A stretch of 64,000 nt of DNA from Synechococcus sp. (GTDB lineage Bacteria > Cyanobacteriota > Cyanobacteriia > PCC-6307 > Cyanobiaceae): contig JBJBEO010000001.1 in the NCBI GenBank assembly GCA_047284725.1, positions 2,488,203-2,552,202 of the forward strand. Direction: 5' to 3'. This document shows, piece after piece, positions 54,875-64,000 of the stretch. The stretch's first letter is position 1; every line of letters begins with the position of its first letter. The notes beneath the pieces are model-generated. The model was not told the DNA's origin. It made no database searches and worked only from the letters and a program-made list of their open reading frames with translations. A program made the translations under genes and the position numbers.

Positions 54875-57043
54875 TCAGCTGATCTGGCTGGGCTCGGGTT
54901 TGCTGTTGGTGGTGGGCGCGGGTAGTCCTTGTCGCCAGAGCTCGCTGAGGGCGGACTGGGCATGGAGGCTGTGGCGGCCGGGTTTGCGTTGGCTGAAGCT
55001 GCCGTCACTGTTCATGTCCCAGGCGCCACTGTTGTCTTGGAGGTACAGCTCGAGCAGTCTCTCCAGTTGCTGACGCAAGGCCGGCTCTTCCACGGGGCTG
55101 AGGGCTTCCACCCTGCGGTCGAGATTGCGTGGCATCCAGTCGGCGCTGCCGATGAAGACCTCCGGTTCTCCATTGTTGGCGAACCAGAAGATGCGTGAGT
55201 GCTCGAGATAGCGCCCAATAATGCTCACCACTGTGATGGTTTCGCTCAGTCCTTCCCTGCCCGGATACAGGCAGCACATGCCCCGAATCACCAGGTCGAT
55301 GGTGACCCCTGCCTGGGACGCTTCATACAGGAGCGCAACGATCGCTGGATCCACCAGTGAATTCATCTTGGCTCGGATATGGCCCCCGAGGCCTTGCTTC
55401 GCATGCTTCATCTCCCGTCGGATCAGGTCTTCCATGCCTTTGCGCAGGGTGACCGGTGCCACCAGCAATTTGCGGAAGCTCTGCTGCTTGGAGAAACCGG
55501 TGAGGTAATTGAACAGTTCCACCAGGTCTTGCCCCAGTTCTGGCTCAGCCGACAGCAGGCCGATATCGGTATAGAGCTTCGATGTTTTGGAGTTGTAGTT
55601 GCCTGTGCCGATGTGCACATAGCTGCGGAGTCGTTGTTTCTCTTTCCGCACCACCAGAACAATCTTCGTATGGGTCTTGAGTCCGATCACGCCATAGACC
55701 ACATGCACGCCTGAACTTTCCAGGTGCTTGGCCCACTGGATGTTGTTGTCTTCATCGAAACGGGCTTTCAGCTCCACCAGTGCCATCACCTGTTTGCCGT
55801 TTTCGGCTGCACGGATCAGGGCCGCGATGATCGGGGAGTCCTTCGATGTGCGGTAGAGCGTCATCTTGATGCCCATCACCTGCGGGTCATCGGCTGCCTG
55901 GTTGATGAATTCCTCCACGGAGGTGGAGAACAGGTCGTAGGGATGGTGCAGCAGCACATCGCCCCGTCGGATCACCGAGAAGATGCTTTGGAACTCCTCT
56001 TCCTTGATCGAGCCGTCGTCCAGCTTGCTGCGTTGGGTTCGGGTGAGTGATTTGGCTGTGTAGCTGTTGAGTGGTTCGTCTTTGAGCGCGTCGAGCGGGA
56101 GCGCCAGCAAACTGAACAGATCGTCGAGACCGAGTGGACCATCAATGCGATAGAGGTCGTCTTCCGCCACTGACATGCCATCCATCAACATCTCGACCAC
56201 GTCATCCGGCATTTCGTTGGCCACCTCAAGTCGCACCACTTCTCCCCCCATCCGGCGTTTGTGAAGGCCCTGCTCAATCGCGATCATCAGATCGTCGGCT
56301 TCCAGGTCTCGCAGCTCCAGGTCCGCATCCCGGGTGACGCGAAAAAAGTAGTGGCCCTCCACGGTCATCCCTGGAAACAGAAGGCTGAGGTTGAAGGCCA
56401 CCACCTGCTCCAGGGGGACCGCGGTGTGAACCGGTTCAGCCTCCGTATCGCCCAAGTCGGTGGGCATCGCCACGAAGCGCGGCAGGATTTTCTGCGGCAC
56501 CTTCACCCGAGCCAGCAGCCGTTGACCGCTGTCGGGATCGACCACAAGAGCCGCCACATTGAGGCTGAGGTTGCTGACAAAGGGGAAGGGGTGGGCCGGG
56601 TCCACTGCCAAGGGCGTCAGCACCGGGAAGATGGCGGTGAGGAAGAAGTTGTCGATCCACAGCCGCTGGCGCTCGTTCAGCTGGGCGTAATCGAGGAGTT
56701 GAACGTCGTGCTTGTGAAGCTCCGTCTTGAGATGGCTCCGGTAATGCCGCTGCTGCTGTTCCAGCAGCGGGATCAGGGCGGTGCGAATGGCCTTCAGCTG
56801 CTGTTGCGGTGTGCGGCCGTCGGCACTGGTGCGGCTGATCCCGGCCTCCACCTGAGATTTCAGTGAGGCCACCCTCACCATGAAAAATTCATCGAGGTTG
56901 TTGCTGAAGATCGCGCTGAATTTCGCCTGTTCCAACAGAGGCGTGCGTTGGTCGAGGGCCTGGGCCAACACCCGTTGGTTGAAGGCAATCCAGCTCAGTT
57001 CCCTGTTGATGTACAGCTCGGGATCCAGGGAACGAACGGCCAT
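54875..57043 (-). CDS. ppk1: Polyphosphate kinase 1
   Basis: YINRELSW, NNLDEFFMVRVA, LLHHPY, ELKARFDE, GTGNYN, SADWMPRNLDRRVE. Confidence 0.97.
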   Translation of the reverse strand: MAVRSLDPELYINRELSWIAFNQRVLAQALDQRTPLLEQAKFSAIFSNNLDEFFMVRVASLKSQVEAGISRTSADGRTPQQQLKAIRTALIPLLEQQQRHYRSHLKTELHKHDVQLLDYAQLNERQRLWIDNFFLTAIFPVLTPLAVDPAHPFPFVSNLSLNVAALVVDPDSGQRLLARVKVPQKILPRFVAMPTDLGDTEAEPVHTAVPLEQVVAFNLSLLFPGMTVEGHYFFRVTRDADLELRDLEADDLMIAIEQGLHKRRMGGEVVRLEVANEMPDDVVEMLMDGMSVAEDDLYRIDGPLGLDDLFSLLALPLDALKDEPLNSYTAKSLTRTQRSKLDDGSIKEEEFQSIFSVIRRGDVLLHHPYDLFSTSVEEFINQAADDPQVMGIKMTLYRTSKDSPIIAALIRAAENGKQVMALVELKARFDEDNNIQWAKHLESSGVHVVYGVIGLKTHTKIVLVVRKEKQRLRSYVHIGTGNYNSKTSKLYTDIGLLSAEPELGQDLVELFNYLTGFSKQQSFRKLLVAPVTLRKGMEDLIRREMKHAKQGLGGHIRAKMNSLVDPAIVALLYEASQAGVTIDLVIRGMCCLYPGREGLSETITVVSIIGRYLEHSRIFWFANNGEPEVFIGSADWMPRNLDRRVEALSPVEEPALRQQLERLLELYLQDNSGAWDMNSDGSFSQRKPGRHSLHAQSALSELWRQGLPAPTTNSKPEPSQIS

Positions 57044-57155
57044 CAGAGCAGTTGAGGAGGGCGGGAACCCTTTGTCGGAAACGTAGCAATCGCCTGGGAG
57101 TGGGCGAGAGCGCTGGTGGTTCAGCTGTGGAGGGCGTGTCCGCTGTGGTGATCGG

Positions 57156-58235
57156 TCACCCGCCCACTGATGCTCTCCACTGGATCAGCTGTTCGAGCAC
57201 GGCCAGGCCACGTCCCTGGCTGAGGAGATCTGCAGCCTGGTGAAGGCCTGCTTCCAGGCTTGTGCTTGCTCCAGCCATCCACAGGTAGACGCCAGCGTTC
57301 CAGCGCAGGGCTGAGGCCAGCGGGCCACGGTTCTCCAGGGCTTCATGCGCCTGCTGCGTCCACTGCGCCAGGTCAGTCCATTCCTGGTCGCCGCCGAAGC
57401 AGGCATGGTCACGGGGATGCAGGATCAGTCGTTCGGCGGCTCGGCCTCGTCGCAGTCGTGCGGTGATGCAGGCGCGGCTAATCGGTAGATCCGTGCCACC
57501 TTCCTGACCCTTCACGGTGATGACATCGTGTTCTCCAGCCAGGATCAGGGCCTCCCAGGCTCGGCTTTCCGTCGGGGGATGCACGAAACCGCTCACCAGC
57601 AGATGGTCGCCGTCATGGGCGGTCCAGAGCAGTTCCGCACTGGCGATCGGTGGGCGTTTGCCCAGGTCATCACGATGGGGAATGAGGTGCTCGGCCAACG
57701 GGAAATGGGTGGGTTGATGCACCAGGGCCAGGCCATGGCTGTTGAAGCCTGATTGCACGGCTTCAAGGGGAAGATCAGCGAGCTGCAGGCCGAGGGCTTC
57801 AAACAGTTCAGCGGCTGTGATGCCGTATTTCACCGGCATCCGGCCCCCCGCCTGGAGCACCACCGGTTGACCAACACTGAGCAGAACCAGCGTTGTCAAC
57901 GGATAGAGCGGCGCTGTGCGCTTGCGGCCGTCGAAGGGCATGCCGAAACAGATCGGTCGCGCCTGCTCAGGGGCACTGGTGAGTCGGGGTCCAAGACGCC
58001 GATAGGTATCCACCATGCCGGTCAGTTCCTGCGGCTCAGGTCGACGGATTCGATGGGCGATCAGAAACGCTCCGATCTGGGCGTCGGAGGCTTCGCCGGT
58101 GAGCATGAGCTCGAAAGCTTCATCGGCTTCGGCACGGCTCAGCCCTGTGCTGGTGTGCTCACCACTGCCAACCTTGCGCAGCAGCTCCTTGAAGCGTTCC
58201 CGCGAGGAACGCTCAGCTGGCTTGGTTTGCAGCAC
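57156..58235 (-). CDS. Anthranilate phosphoribosyltransferase-like (YbiB-type) protein
   Basis: RFKELLRKVGSGEHTS, QIGAFLIAHRIRRP, GFVHPPTE; start approximate. Confidence 0.85.
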   Translation of the reverse strand: MLQTKPAERSSRERFKELLRKVGSGEHTSTGLSRAEADEAFELMLTGEASDAQIGAFLIAHRIRRPEPQELTGMVDTYRRLGPRLTSAPEQARPICFGMPFDGRKRTAPLYPLTTLVLLSVGQPVVLQAGGRMPVKYGITAAELFEALGLQLADLPLEAVQSGFNSHGLALVHQPTHFPLAEHLIPHRDDLGKRPPIASAELLWTAHDGDHLLVSGFVHPPTESRAWEALILAGEHDVITVKGQEGGTDLPISRACITARLRRGRAAERLILHPRDHACFGGDQEWTDLAQWTQQAHEALENRGPLASALRWNAGVYLWMAGASTSLEAGLHQAADLLSQGRGLAVLEQLIQWRASVGG

Positions 58236-58299
58236 GACAGGTGACCACCGAATAGAGGTAATCCTCCAAGGTCGCGCGACGGCCTGGAAGTAGCAGTTG

Positions 58300-58473
58300 C
58301 TACCAGCAGCCCAGGCCTGCCTGACTGCCATGGCGTGGATGATCAGGGTGATGGCGACCTTCGGCGTAGTAGAGGCGCTCGATGATCAGATTGGGGAACG
58401 CCGGTGTGGCGTGATTGGTGGCGGTGGACAGTGTGAATCCACGGTTGACGCGTTCAGCCAAACGTTTGAACAT
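58300..58473 (-). CDS. 57-aa His-rich small protein (missed by ORF track)
   Basis: MFKRLAERVNRGFTLSTATNHATPAFPNLIIERLYYAEGRHHPDHPRHGSQAGLGCW*; resembles the picocyanobacterial LYxxDGRxxPDHPxHG small-protein motif (from recall). Confidence 0.6.
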   Translation of the reverse strand: MFKRLAERVNRGFTLSTATNHATPAFPNLIIERLYYAEGRHHPDHPRHGSQAGLGCW

Positions 58474-58670
58474 GGGATTAATTCAAAGTAAATTTATTTC
58501 CGCACCATTGCGTCATCCTTGCTGTCGCGATTGCTGCAAAATCGATTGCAAGTTTTCTGGGTTTTGGTAGCAAGTATTTCATTTTGAGGCTGGGCTTGCA
58601 GCAAAGGTTGATAGGCCGTTCAAGGCTCCTGCGAGGGAGCTTTGCGGTCGAGATTCCGCAATCAGGTTTT

Positions 58671-59150
58671 ATGACTGCTTCCACGTTGACGTCTTCGTTG
58701 GCTGCGCCTTCCCAGGCCACTGTGACTGCTTCACTGATGGCTGCGAAGAAGGCGAAAGGGCTGAGTTTTGCTGATCTTGAGACTGCTCTGGGTCTGGATG
58801 AAGTCTGGATTGCCTCACTGTTTTATGGTCAGGCCACCGCGTCTCCTGAAGAAGCAGACAAGCTGGCTTCCTTGCTGTCGCTCGATCCTGCCATCACTGC
58901 GGCGTTGCAGGAGTATCCCACCAAGGGAAGCCTTGAGCCAGTGATCCCGACGGATCCACTGATCTATCGCTTCTACGAGATCATGCAGGTGTATGGCATG
59001 CCGCTCAAGGATGTGATCCAGGAGAAATTCGGTGATGGCATCATGAGCGCCATCGATTTCACCCTGGATGTTGACAAGGTCGAAGATCCAAAGGGTGATC
59101 GCGTGAAAATCACCATGTGCGGAAAATTCCTTCCTTACAAAAAATGGTGA
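58671..59150 (+). CDS. cynS: Cyanase (cyanate hydratase)
   Basis: [30 protein letters not shown]. Confidence 0.96.
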   Translation: MTASTLTSSLAAPSQATVTASLMAAKKAKGLSFADLETALGLDEVWIASLFYGQATASPEEADKLASLLSLDPAITAALQEYPTKGSLEPVIPTDPLIYRFYEIMQVYGMPLKDVIQEKFGDGIMSAIDFTLDVDKVEDPKGDRVKITMCGKFLPYKKW

Positions 59151-59177
59151 TGGTCTGACGACAAGGGGGAGCATTGC

Positions 59178-59201
59178 AGCCCGGGATTCCCGGGCTTTTT
59201 T
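59178..59201 (+). terminator. Intrinsic terminator of cynS
   Basis: agcccggg-att-cccgggct followed by a T run. Confidence 0.8.
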
Positions 59202-59210
59202 CATGCTTGC

Positions 59211-59951
59211 TCAGGTGCGGTATTGCTGCTGCAATTGCTTGCAAGCCAGCTGCCTGCGTTCTCCGACTGGAAGGTTTTGGCTTAATTCCAGTAGCCAGCT
59301 CTGACTGCTTGGGGTGGCGATGCAACCCAGGGCGCGCAGAGCAGCAGCGGCCACGGTGTCGGACCCTGTGCCACTCAATTGCGCGAGGCGTTCACTGACC
59401 TCAGCTCCATCCCGGCGTTGCAGCAGCCGGATTGCCGCGAGCGCCACGGGGTCTCGAAAGTCGTTGAGCAGTGGTTCGCAGAGTTGCAACAACGTGGTGT
59501 CGTTGAGTTGGTAAGCGTGGAAGCTGAGCAACTGCAGACCTGCGAGCCGAAGTTGCAGACCCGGCAAGCTCAAGGTGTGTTGGATCAATCCCAGCGGGAG
59601 TTCCCCTCCCCAACAGGCCAATGCCTGCAGCACCACCAGGGCTTGGTCGGCATCCAATTCGCTGTCGATCTCATCAAGCCGCTGAAGCAGCCAATCCCGG
59701 CTTTCCGGTTGATGGGTGAGCCCTGCGGCCAGGATCAATTCGTCTTGCACGCCGTGGCAAGCGATCAGCTCCTGCACGAGGGGCCAACCCGTTTCGGCCA
59801 ACATGCCGATTTTCTCGGCGAGGGCCCGACGCAGCCCAAGAGAAAGGCTGGGAGAGTAAACCTCCCCCAGCCATTCGGGCTCCAGAGGAGCTCGTCGTGA
59901 TGATTTGGAAAGCCGCTCCCAGAGAGCGGCTTCATGGACATCGCTGTGCAC
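59211..59951 (-). CDS. HEAT-repeat protein downstream of focA
   Basis: Leu/Ala-rich helical repeats (DFRDPVALAAIRLLQRRD, VAAAALRALG); start uncertain. Confidence 0.7.
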   Translation of the reverse strand: MHSDVHEAALWERLSKSSRRAPLEPEWLGEVYSPSLSLGLRRALAEKIGMLAETGWPLVQELIACHGVQDELILAAGLTHQPESRDWLLQRLDEIDSELDADQALVVLQALACWGGELPLGLIQHTLSLPGLQLRLAGLQLLSFHAYQLNDTTLLQLCEPLLNDFRDPVALAAIRLLQRRDGAEVSERLAQLSGTGSDTVAAAALRALGCIATPSSQSWLLELSQNLPVGERRQLACKQLQQQYRT

Positions 59952-59961
59952 GGAATCCTGA

Positions 59962-60924
59962 TCAGCGGGCACCGAGTTCGGCAGCCAGTTCACGCTCCAG
60001 CTTGTCATCGTGCTCGGTCGGCAGCACGTTCTCAACTTTGGTGCGGTGGGTGCTGTAGAAGAGCATGCCGATGAAGACCATGCCGCCCACAATGTTGCCC
60101 AGGGTGACAGGCAGCCAGTTCCAGAAAATCACTTGAAGAGGGCTCACGCCGGAACCCAGAATCGGGCCCATGGTGTGCAGGAACTGGTTCACCACGATGT
60201 GCTCCATGCCCATCGTTTGGAAGGCGGTAATCGGCAGCCAGCAAGCCAGGATTTTGCCAGGCACGCTCTTGCTCACGAGTGCCATGGTCACGCCCAGGCA
60301 CACCAGCCAGTTGGCAACAACTCCGCGCAGAAATGCGAGGAAAAAGCCCATGGAGCCAAGGTCCTGGTACTTCTTGACGACGTTGGCGATGTTGAGGTCG
60401 ATGATTTTCTGAGCAACCTGCTGCCACATGCTGGCTTTGATGACGGTTGCATCACCGGCAACTGCAGCTGCTTTGGTCGCCGCTGCGGCAGCAGCAGCAG
60501 ATAGAGGCTCAACATTGAAGCCGTTGGTGAGGCTGATGGCCATGATCACGGCCACCACAGCGGTGCCGATCCAGTTGCCGAGCCAAACCCAAGCCCAGTT
60601 GCGGAAGGTGGCACCCCAGGTGCTTTTTCCGGCCCAGGTGGCCATGGGGAGCAGGGCAAAGTTGCCGGTGACCAGCTCCATGCCGAACAGCACGATGCTG
60701 GCGAAGCCGAAGGGGAAAAGTAGGGAGCCCACAAAGGGAGCTTTGACGGTCAATCCCACGGTGAGAGCGAGGATCACGGCAAGGCCGAGAATCGCGCCGG
60801 AATAGAACCCACGCAGCAGGAGATTTTTAACGCTGACGGTGGCTTTTTTGCCGCCGGCGGCAATCATGCCGTCGACGAGCTCATTGGGTAGGACGTAGTC
60901 CATCTGTGAGGCAGAAACGCTCAT
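59962..60924 (-). CDS. focA: Formate/nitrite transporter (nitrite transporter FocA/NitM)
   Basis: ELVTGNF, WLGNWIG, ANWLVCL, GMEHIVVN, GNIVGG. Confidence 0.92.
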   Translation of the reverse strand: MSVSASQMDYVLPNELVDGMIAAGGKKATVSVKNLLLRGFYSGAILGLAVILALTVGLTVKAPFVGSLLFPFGFASIVLFGMELVTGNFALLPMATWAGKSTWGATFRNWAWVWLGNWIGTAVVAVIMAISLTNGFNVEPLSAAAAAAATKAAAVAGDATVIKASMWQQVAQKIIDLNIANVVKKYQDLGSMGFFLAFLRGVVANWLVCLGVTMALVSKSVPGKILACWLPITAFQTMGMEHIVVNQFLHTMGPILGSGVSPLQVIFWNWLPVTLGNIVGGMVFIGMLFYSTHRTKVENVLPTEHDDKLERELAAELGAR

Positions 60925-60986
60925 GTCGAGGTGAGAAAGAGTTTGAGGAGGGGAAGACGTGTTGTTCTCGCCTTTTGATCCAGCGA

Positions 60987-61121
60987 TCAGCCGCTGATTT
61001 TGTTCATCAATTTGGAGAACACATCGCGCTGATTGGCGGGACGAACAATCGGAGTCTTTTCACTGCCGCTTGCACTAAACCAATTGACGAAGCGGGAAAA
61101 CAGATCGCGGTTTTGAGACAT
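60987..61121 (-). CDS. cynH: 44-aa CynH-like small protein (missed by ORF track)
   Basis: MSQNRDLFSRFVNWFSASGSEKTPIVRPANQRDVFSKLMNKISG*; located between nirA and focA, the position I recall for marine Synechococcus cynH. Confidence 0.65.
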   Translation of the reverse strand: MSQNRDLFSRFVNWFSASGSEKTPIVRPANQRDVFSKLMNKISG

Positions 61122-61215
61122 GGATCCTGTGGGGTGAGGGGAGGGGAGAGCGCTGAACGGCGAGCCAAAACAGCCATGGCTTCAAAAGAAAGCGCCACGG
61201 CCGTGGAAGGCGGAT

Positions 61216-62757
61216 TCAGCTGCGGGGTTTTGCGCCGTACTTCTCGATCAGGAGTTGCTTCAACACGCCATGAATGTCTTCCGCGGGAACGGCTTTTTGA
61301 TGCAGTTCACCGATCTGGGGGTCGGCGCCCTGAGAGCCGCCCACGGTGAGGGTGTAGCCCTCACCCATCACGCCGTCTTTGTTTTTGGCTTTGGTTCCAG
61401 TGAGGCCGATGGCGCCCATATAGGCCTGGCCGCAGCTGTTGGGGCAGCCGGTCCAGTGGATCTTCAGCTCTTCGGGCAGTTCCAGTTCCGCATCGAGTTT
61501 TTTGGCGATGTCCGCTGCCTGGTCTTTGGTGTTCACCAAGGCGAAATGGCAATAGGAGCTGCCTGTGCAGGAGACGGTGCCAGCGGAGACAGCACCGGGT
61601 TCCAACGGGAAGCGTTGGAGGAGTGCATCGCTCTGGAGGGCCTCAAGTTTGTCGTTGGGCAAGCCCACCAGGATCACGTTTTGATCTTCGGTGAGGCGCA
61701 CCTCGCCGTTTCCGTAATTGAGGCTTGCGGTGGCGAGGTCTTGAAGATCCTCAGCAGTGAGCCGCCCGACGGGAACGTGCAATCCGGCGTAGTGGAGCCC
61801 CTCCTGTTTCTGGGCATGAATGCCGTAGTGGGAACGGGGGGTTTCGTCGAAGACCGAGCCGGGGTCTGGGGTCAGCGGACCGAAGATCTCCTCCACCATC
61901 GAGCGGAAGGCCTCAAGGCCCACCTGATCGAGGTACATCCGGAAGCGTCCCTTGGGGCGCTTGTCACGCTCTCCGTTGTCCCGCCAAGGGCGAATCACCG
62001 CGTCGGTGATTTTACAGAGTTCATCAGGCTTGACCCAGGCATTGAGGGGCAAGGCGTAGGCATTCATCTGCGATGACAGGACGCCGCCGATCCAGACCCC
62101 GAAGCCCAGCTCACCGTTGTTTTCAACGGGGTGGAAGATGATGTCGTTGTGGAGCAGGAAGTTGTCCTTGGCCCCTGCAACAGCGGTGTTCCACTTGCGC
62201 GGCAGATTGGAATATTCGGAGTTCCCTTCTTCGTTGTTGGTCAGGAAGTTGTTCAGTTCACGGGTGTAAGGACGGGTGTCAACGATCTCCTGGGGATCGA
62301 TGCCAGCAAGAGGGTTGCCGGTGACGTTGCGTGGGTTGTCAAAGCCCGACTGAATCGTGCTTAATCCAGCTTCTTTGAGGCGCTTGAGGATTTCTGGAAG
62401 ATCATTGAGCAGCACGCCGCGCAGCTGCAGGTTCTGGCGGGTGGTGATATCGCAGCTACCGTTTTCGCCGTAGCGCTCAACGATGGAACCCACAACGCGC
62501 AGTTGCTGGGCGCTGAGAATGCCGTTGGGAACGCGCAAGCGCAGCATGAACTTGCCAGGCGTCTTGGGTCGCCAGAACATCCCGTACCACTTCAGTCGCA
62601 GTTGCAGATCCGTTTCGTCCACCTGCTCCCAGCCCATTTCGGCAAATTTGTCGATCTCGCTGCCGACAAGCAGGCCATCTTTATTGGCTTTGTTCTGCTC
62701 AATTTTGTTGAGCTTTTTGCCTTCCAGATAAGGGCGTGAGAGAGCGCTGCTGGTCAT
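61216..62757 (-). CDS. nirA: Ferredoxin-nitrite reductase
   Basis: FMLRLRVPNG, DITTRQNLQ, SCTGSSYC and WTGCPNSCG siroheme/4Fe-4S ligands. Confidence 0.97.
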   Translation of the reverse strand: MTSSALSRPYLEGKKLNKIEQNKANKDGLLVGSEIDKFAEMGWEQVDETDLQLRLKWYGMFWRPKTPGKFMLRLRVPNGILSAQQLRVVGSIVERYGENGSCDITTRQNLQLRGVLLNDLPEILKRLKEAGLSTIQSGFDNPRNVTGNPLAGIDPQEIVDTRPYTRELNNFLTNNEEGNSEYSNLPRKWNTAVAGAKDNFLLHNDIIFHPVENNGELGFGVWIGGVLSSQMNAYALPLNAWVKPDELCKITDAVIRPWRDNGERDKRPKGRFRMYLDQVGLEAFRSMVEEIFGPLTPDPGSVFDETPRSHYGIHAQKQEGLHYAGLHVPVGRLTAEDLQDLATASLNYGNGEVRLTEDQNVILVGLPNDKLEALQSDALLQRFPLEPGAVSAGTVSCTGSSYCHFALVNTKDQAADIAKKLDAELELPEELKIHWTGCPNSCGQAYMGAIGLTGTKAKNKDGVMGEGYTLTVGGSQGADPQIGELHQKAVPAEDIHGVLKQLLIEKYGAKPRS

Positions 62758-62902
62758 GGTGAAGGGGGTAAAGGTGAAGGGGGTAAAGGGGATAAAGATT
62801 GGAAGTGAGGTGGATCGGGGCGGCCCGTTTCAGTGTCTGCAGCACCTCAACATCCGAGAGCGCTGGTAGGGGTTCTCTAGCGATCAGCCGTGGTGCATTT
62901 CG

Positions 62903-62959
62903 GTAACAGATGGAACCAAAATCGATGGACTTTGACTCGAATTTGGTGCCTGTTGATAC
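62903..62959 (-). promoter_or_regulatory. Two imperfect NtcA boxes upstream of nirA
   Basis: gta-acagatgg-aac (62903-62916) and gtg-cctgttga-tac (62946-62959), each one mismatch from GTA-N8-TAC; nirA is a canonical NtcA target. Confidence 0.6.
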
Positions 62960-63014
62960 ATGCAAAGTTGCGGCAATCTGCATTGGCAACCCAATGCGGG
63001 AGCTCAGGCTGCGC

Positions 63015-63581
63015 TCAGTACTGGCGTCCGACTTCGCCCAGCATGCGAACGGCTCCCTGGCGAATCATTGACCACACCTTGCCCATCGCTTCCAGGTCTT
63101 GGTCAAGTTCGGAGCGTCCGCGGCTTTGGCCGTAGGGCTCACGCGAATTCCAGGCGTCTGGTTGGCGATAGCTGTCATCGGCATCGTTGGAATAACGACG
63201 GTTGTCCATCCGCTCGTCCCAATGGCTGTCGTGGGCGTCATGGCTGTCGTACGCATTGCTGAAGCGGCGGCTGTCGTCCATCCGTTGGTCCCGATAGCGG
63301 TCGTCGTGGTCGCCGAAGCCGCTGTGCTTGATGTGCTGCGCGTGTTCGATCTCGTATCTGCTGGTTTGGAAGTGGTCAGCGTGGTGCTCGTCGTCGTAAT
63401 CGGATCTGAAGGATGGTCTGACGGGCTCTTCAAGGCTGTTGTCGTCGCGATAGCTCTCACGCTCCCAGTGTTCCTCACGGCGCCCACTTGTGCTGGCACT
63501 GGATGCGCGGCTGCGTCTCGAGCTGGCTTGGATGGCCAGACGGCGTTGGGTTTGCTCCGGGCGGCGACGCTGACTCGTCAT
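63015..63581 (-). CDS. Low-complexity R/D/H-rich hypothetical protein
   Basis: Internal repeats DQRMDDSRRFSN/DERMDNRRYSN; structured-looking C-terminus LDQDLEAMGKVWSMIRQGAVRMLGEVGRQY. Confidence 0.65.
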   Translation of the reverse strand: MTSQRRRPEQTQRRLAIQASSRRSRASSASTSGRREEHWERESYRDDNSLEEPVRPSFRSDYDDEHHADHFQTSRYEIEHAQHIKHSGFGDHDDRYRDQRMDDSRRFSNAYDSHDAHDSHWDERMDNRRYSNDADDSYRQPDAWNSREPYGQSRGRSELDQDLEAMGKVWSMIRQGAVRMLGEVGRQY

Positions 63582-63690
63582 GATGCAGATCGATATGGCT
63601 AATGATTCACAGACTTCATCAGCTCAGGGGGCCCAGCATCCGTGGCGGTTGTTACGGAAGCCCGCTTTTTTGTGTCCATCGCCACGGGGC

Positions 63691-64000
63691 GTGGACGCTT
63701 CCGTCGTTCATTCCCCAACGGTTTTGCGCCTGGTGGTGCATGGGCGCAGTGGTGGAGAAATTCCTGGTTGCTTGGTGGATTTTGCGCAGGAGCTGGCCGC
63801 ACAGCGCCAGGGGCCGGTGGAGCTGGAAGCGCTCACGGCAGAGCCCCCTCCGACCCAACCGGGCAGGCGCTATTGGTTGATGCCCTTGCTGTTGTTGCCG
63901 GGCAGCCATGCCCGATCGGATCTGCCGCAGATTCGCGAGCGGATGCGCCGCGCAGGGGCCGAGGTCACCATGGTGCCTTTTCTCGGGGCCTGGCCCCAAT
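63691..64000 (+). CDS. CbiX/SirB-like sirohydrochlorin chelatase (partial)
   Basis: Hand translation: LRLVVHGRSGGE...LMPLLLLPGSHARSDLP...PFLGAWP; runs off the window end; fits siroheme supply for NirA. Confidence 0.75.
   Translation, partial: MDASVVHSPTVLRLVVHGRSGGEIPGCLVDFAQELAAQRQGPVELEALTAEPPPTQPGRRYWLMPLLLLPGSHARSDLPQIRERMRRAGAEVTMVPFLGAWPQ

Noticed and set aside
58567..58580. NtcA box upstream of cynS (gta-gcaagtat-ttc)
   Set aside because: Imperfect right half-site and no clear -10 element at the expected spacing; too weak to call

Overview
This is chromosomal DNA from a marine picocyanobacterium (Synechococcus-like gene order and high-GC codon usage) spanning the probable replication origin. 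Core genes run dnaN, thrC, recN, uvrA, spsA, purT, mraY, argG, rpsF, aroE, dnaK, pstS, psbQ, purU, a ClC channel, acnB, a DAHP synthase, a group 2 sigma factor and ppk1, followed by a nitrogen cluster (cynS, focA, a cynH-like gene, nirA, a CbiX/SirB-like gene). Two visibly AT-richer accessory regions interrupt the core. The first (~10.8-22.3 kb, right after uvrA) is a c-di-GMP signalling island with three intact GGDEF(+/-EAL) sensor enzymes, one decayed GGDEF gene, an orphan PhnD-family lipoprotein, a TerB-like gene, a frameshifted membrane-protein gene and a possible tyrosine-recombinase relic. The second (~47.9-52.9 kb) holds a ~1.2-kb islet bounded by a 30-bp direct repeat that duplicates the 3' end of a gene, followed by a 1062-aa metzincin protease/Ig-like surface protein. 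Several small genes missed by the ORF track and two probable CTG starts overlapping the upstream TGA stop were found by hand translation. All family assignments are from motif recognition and recall, not database searches.
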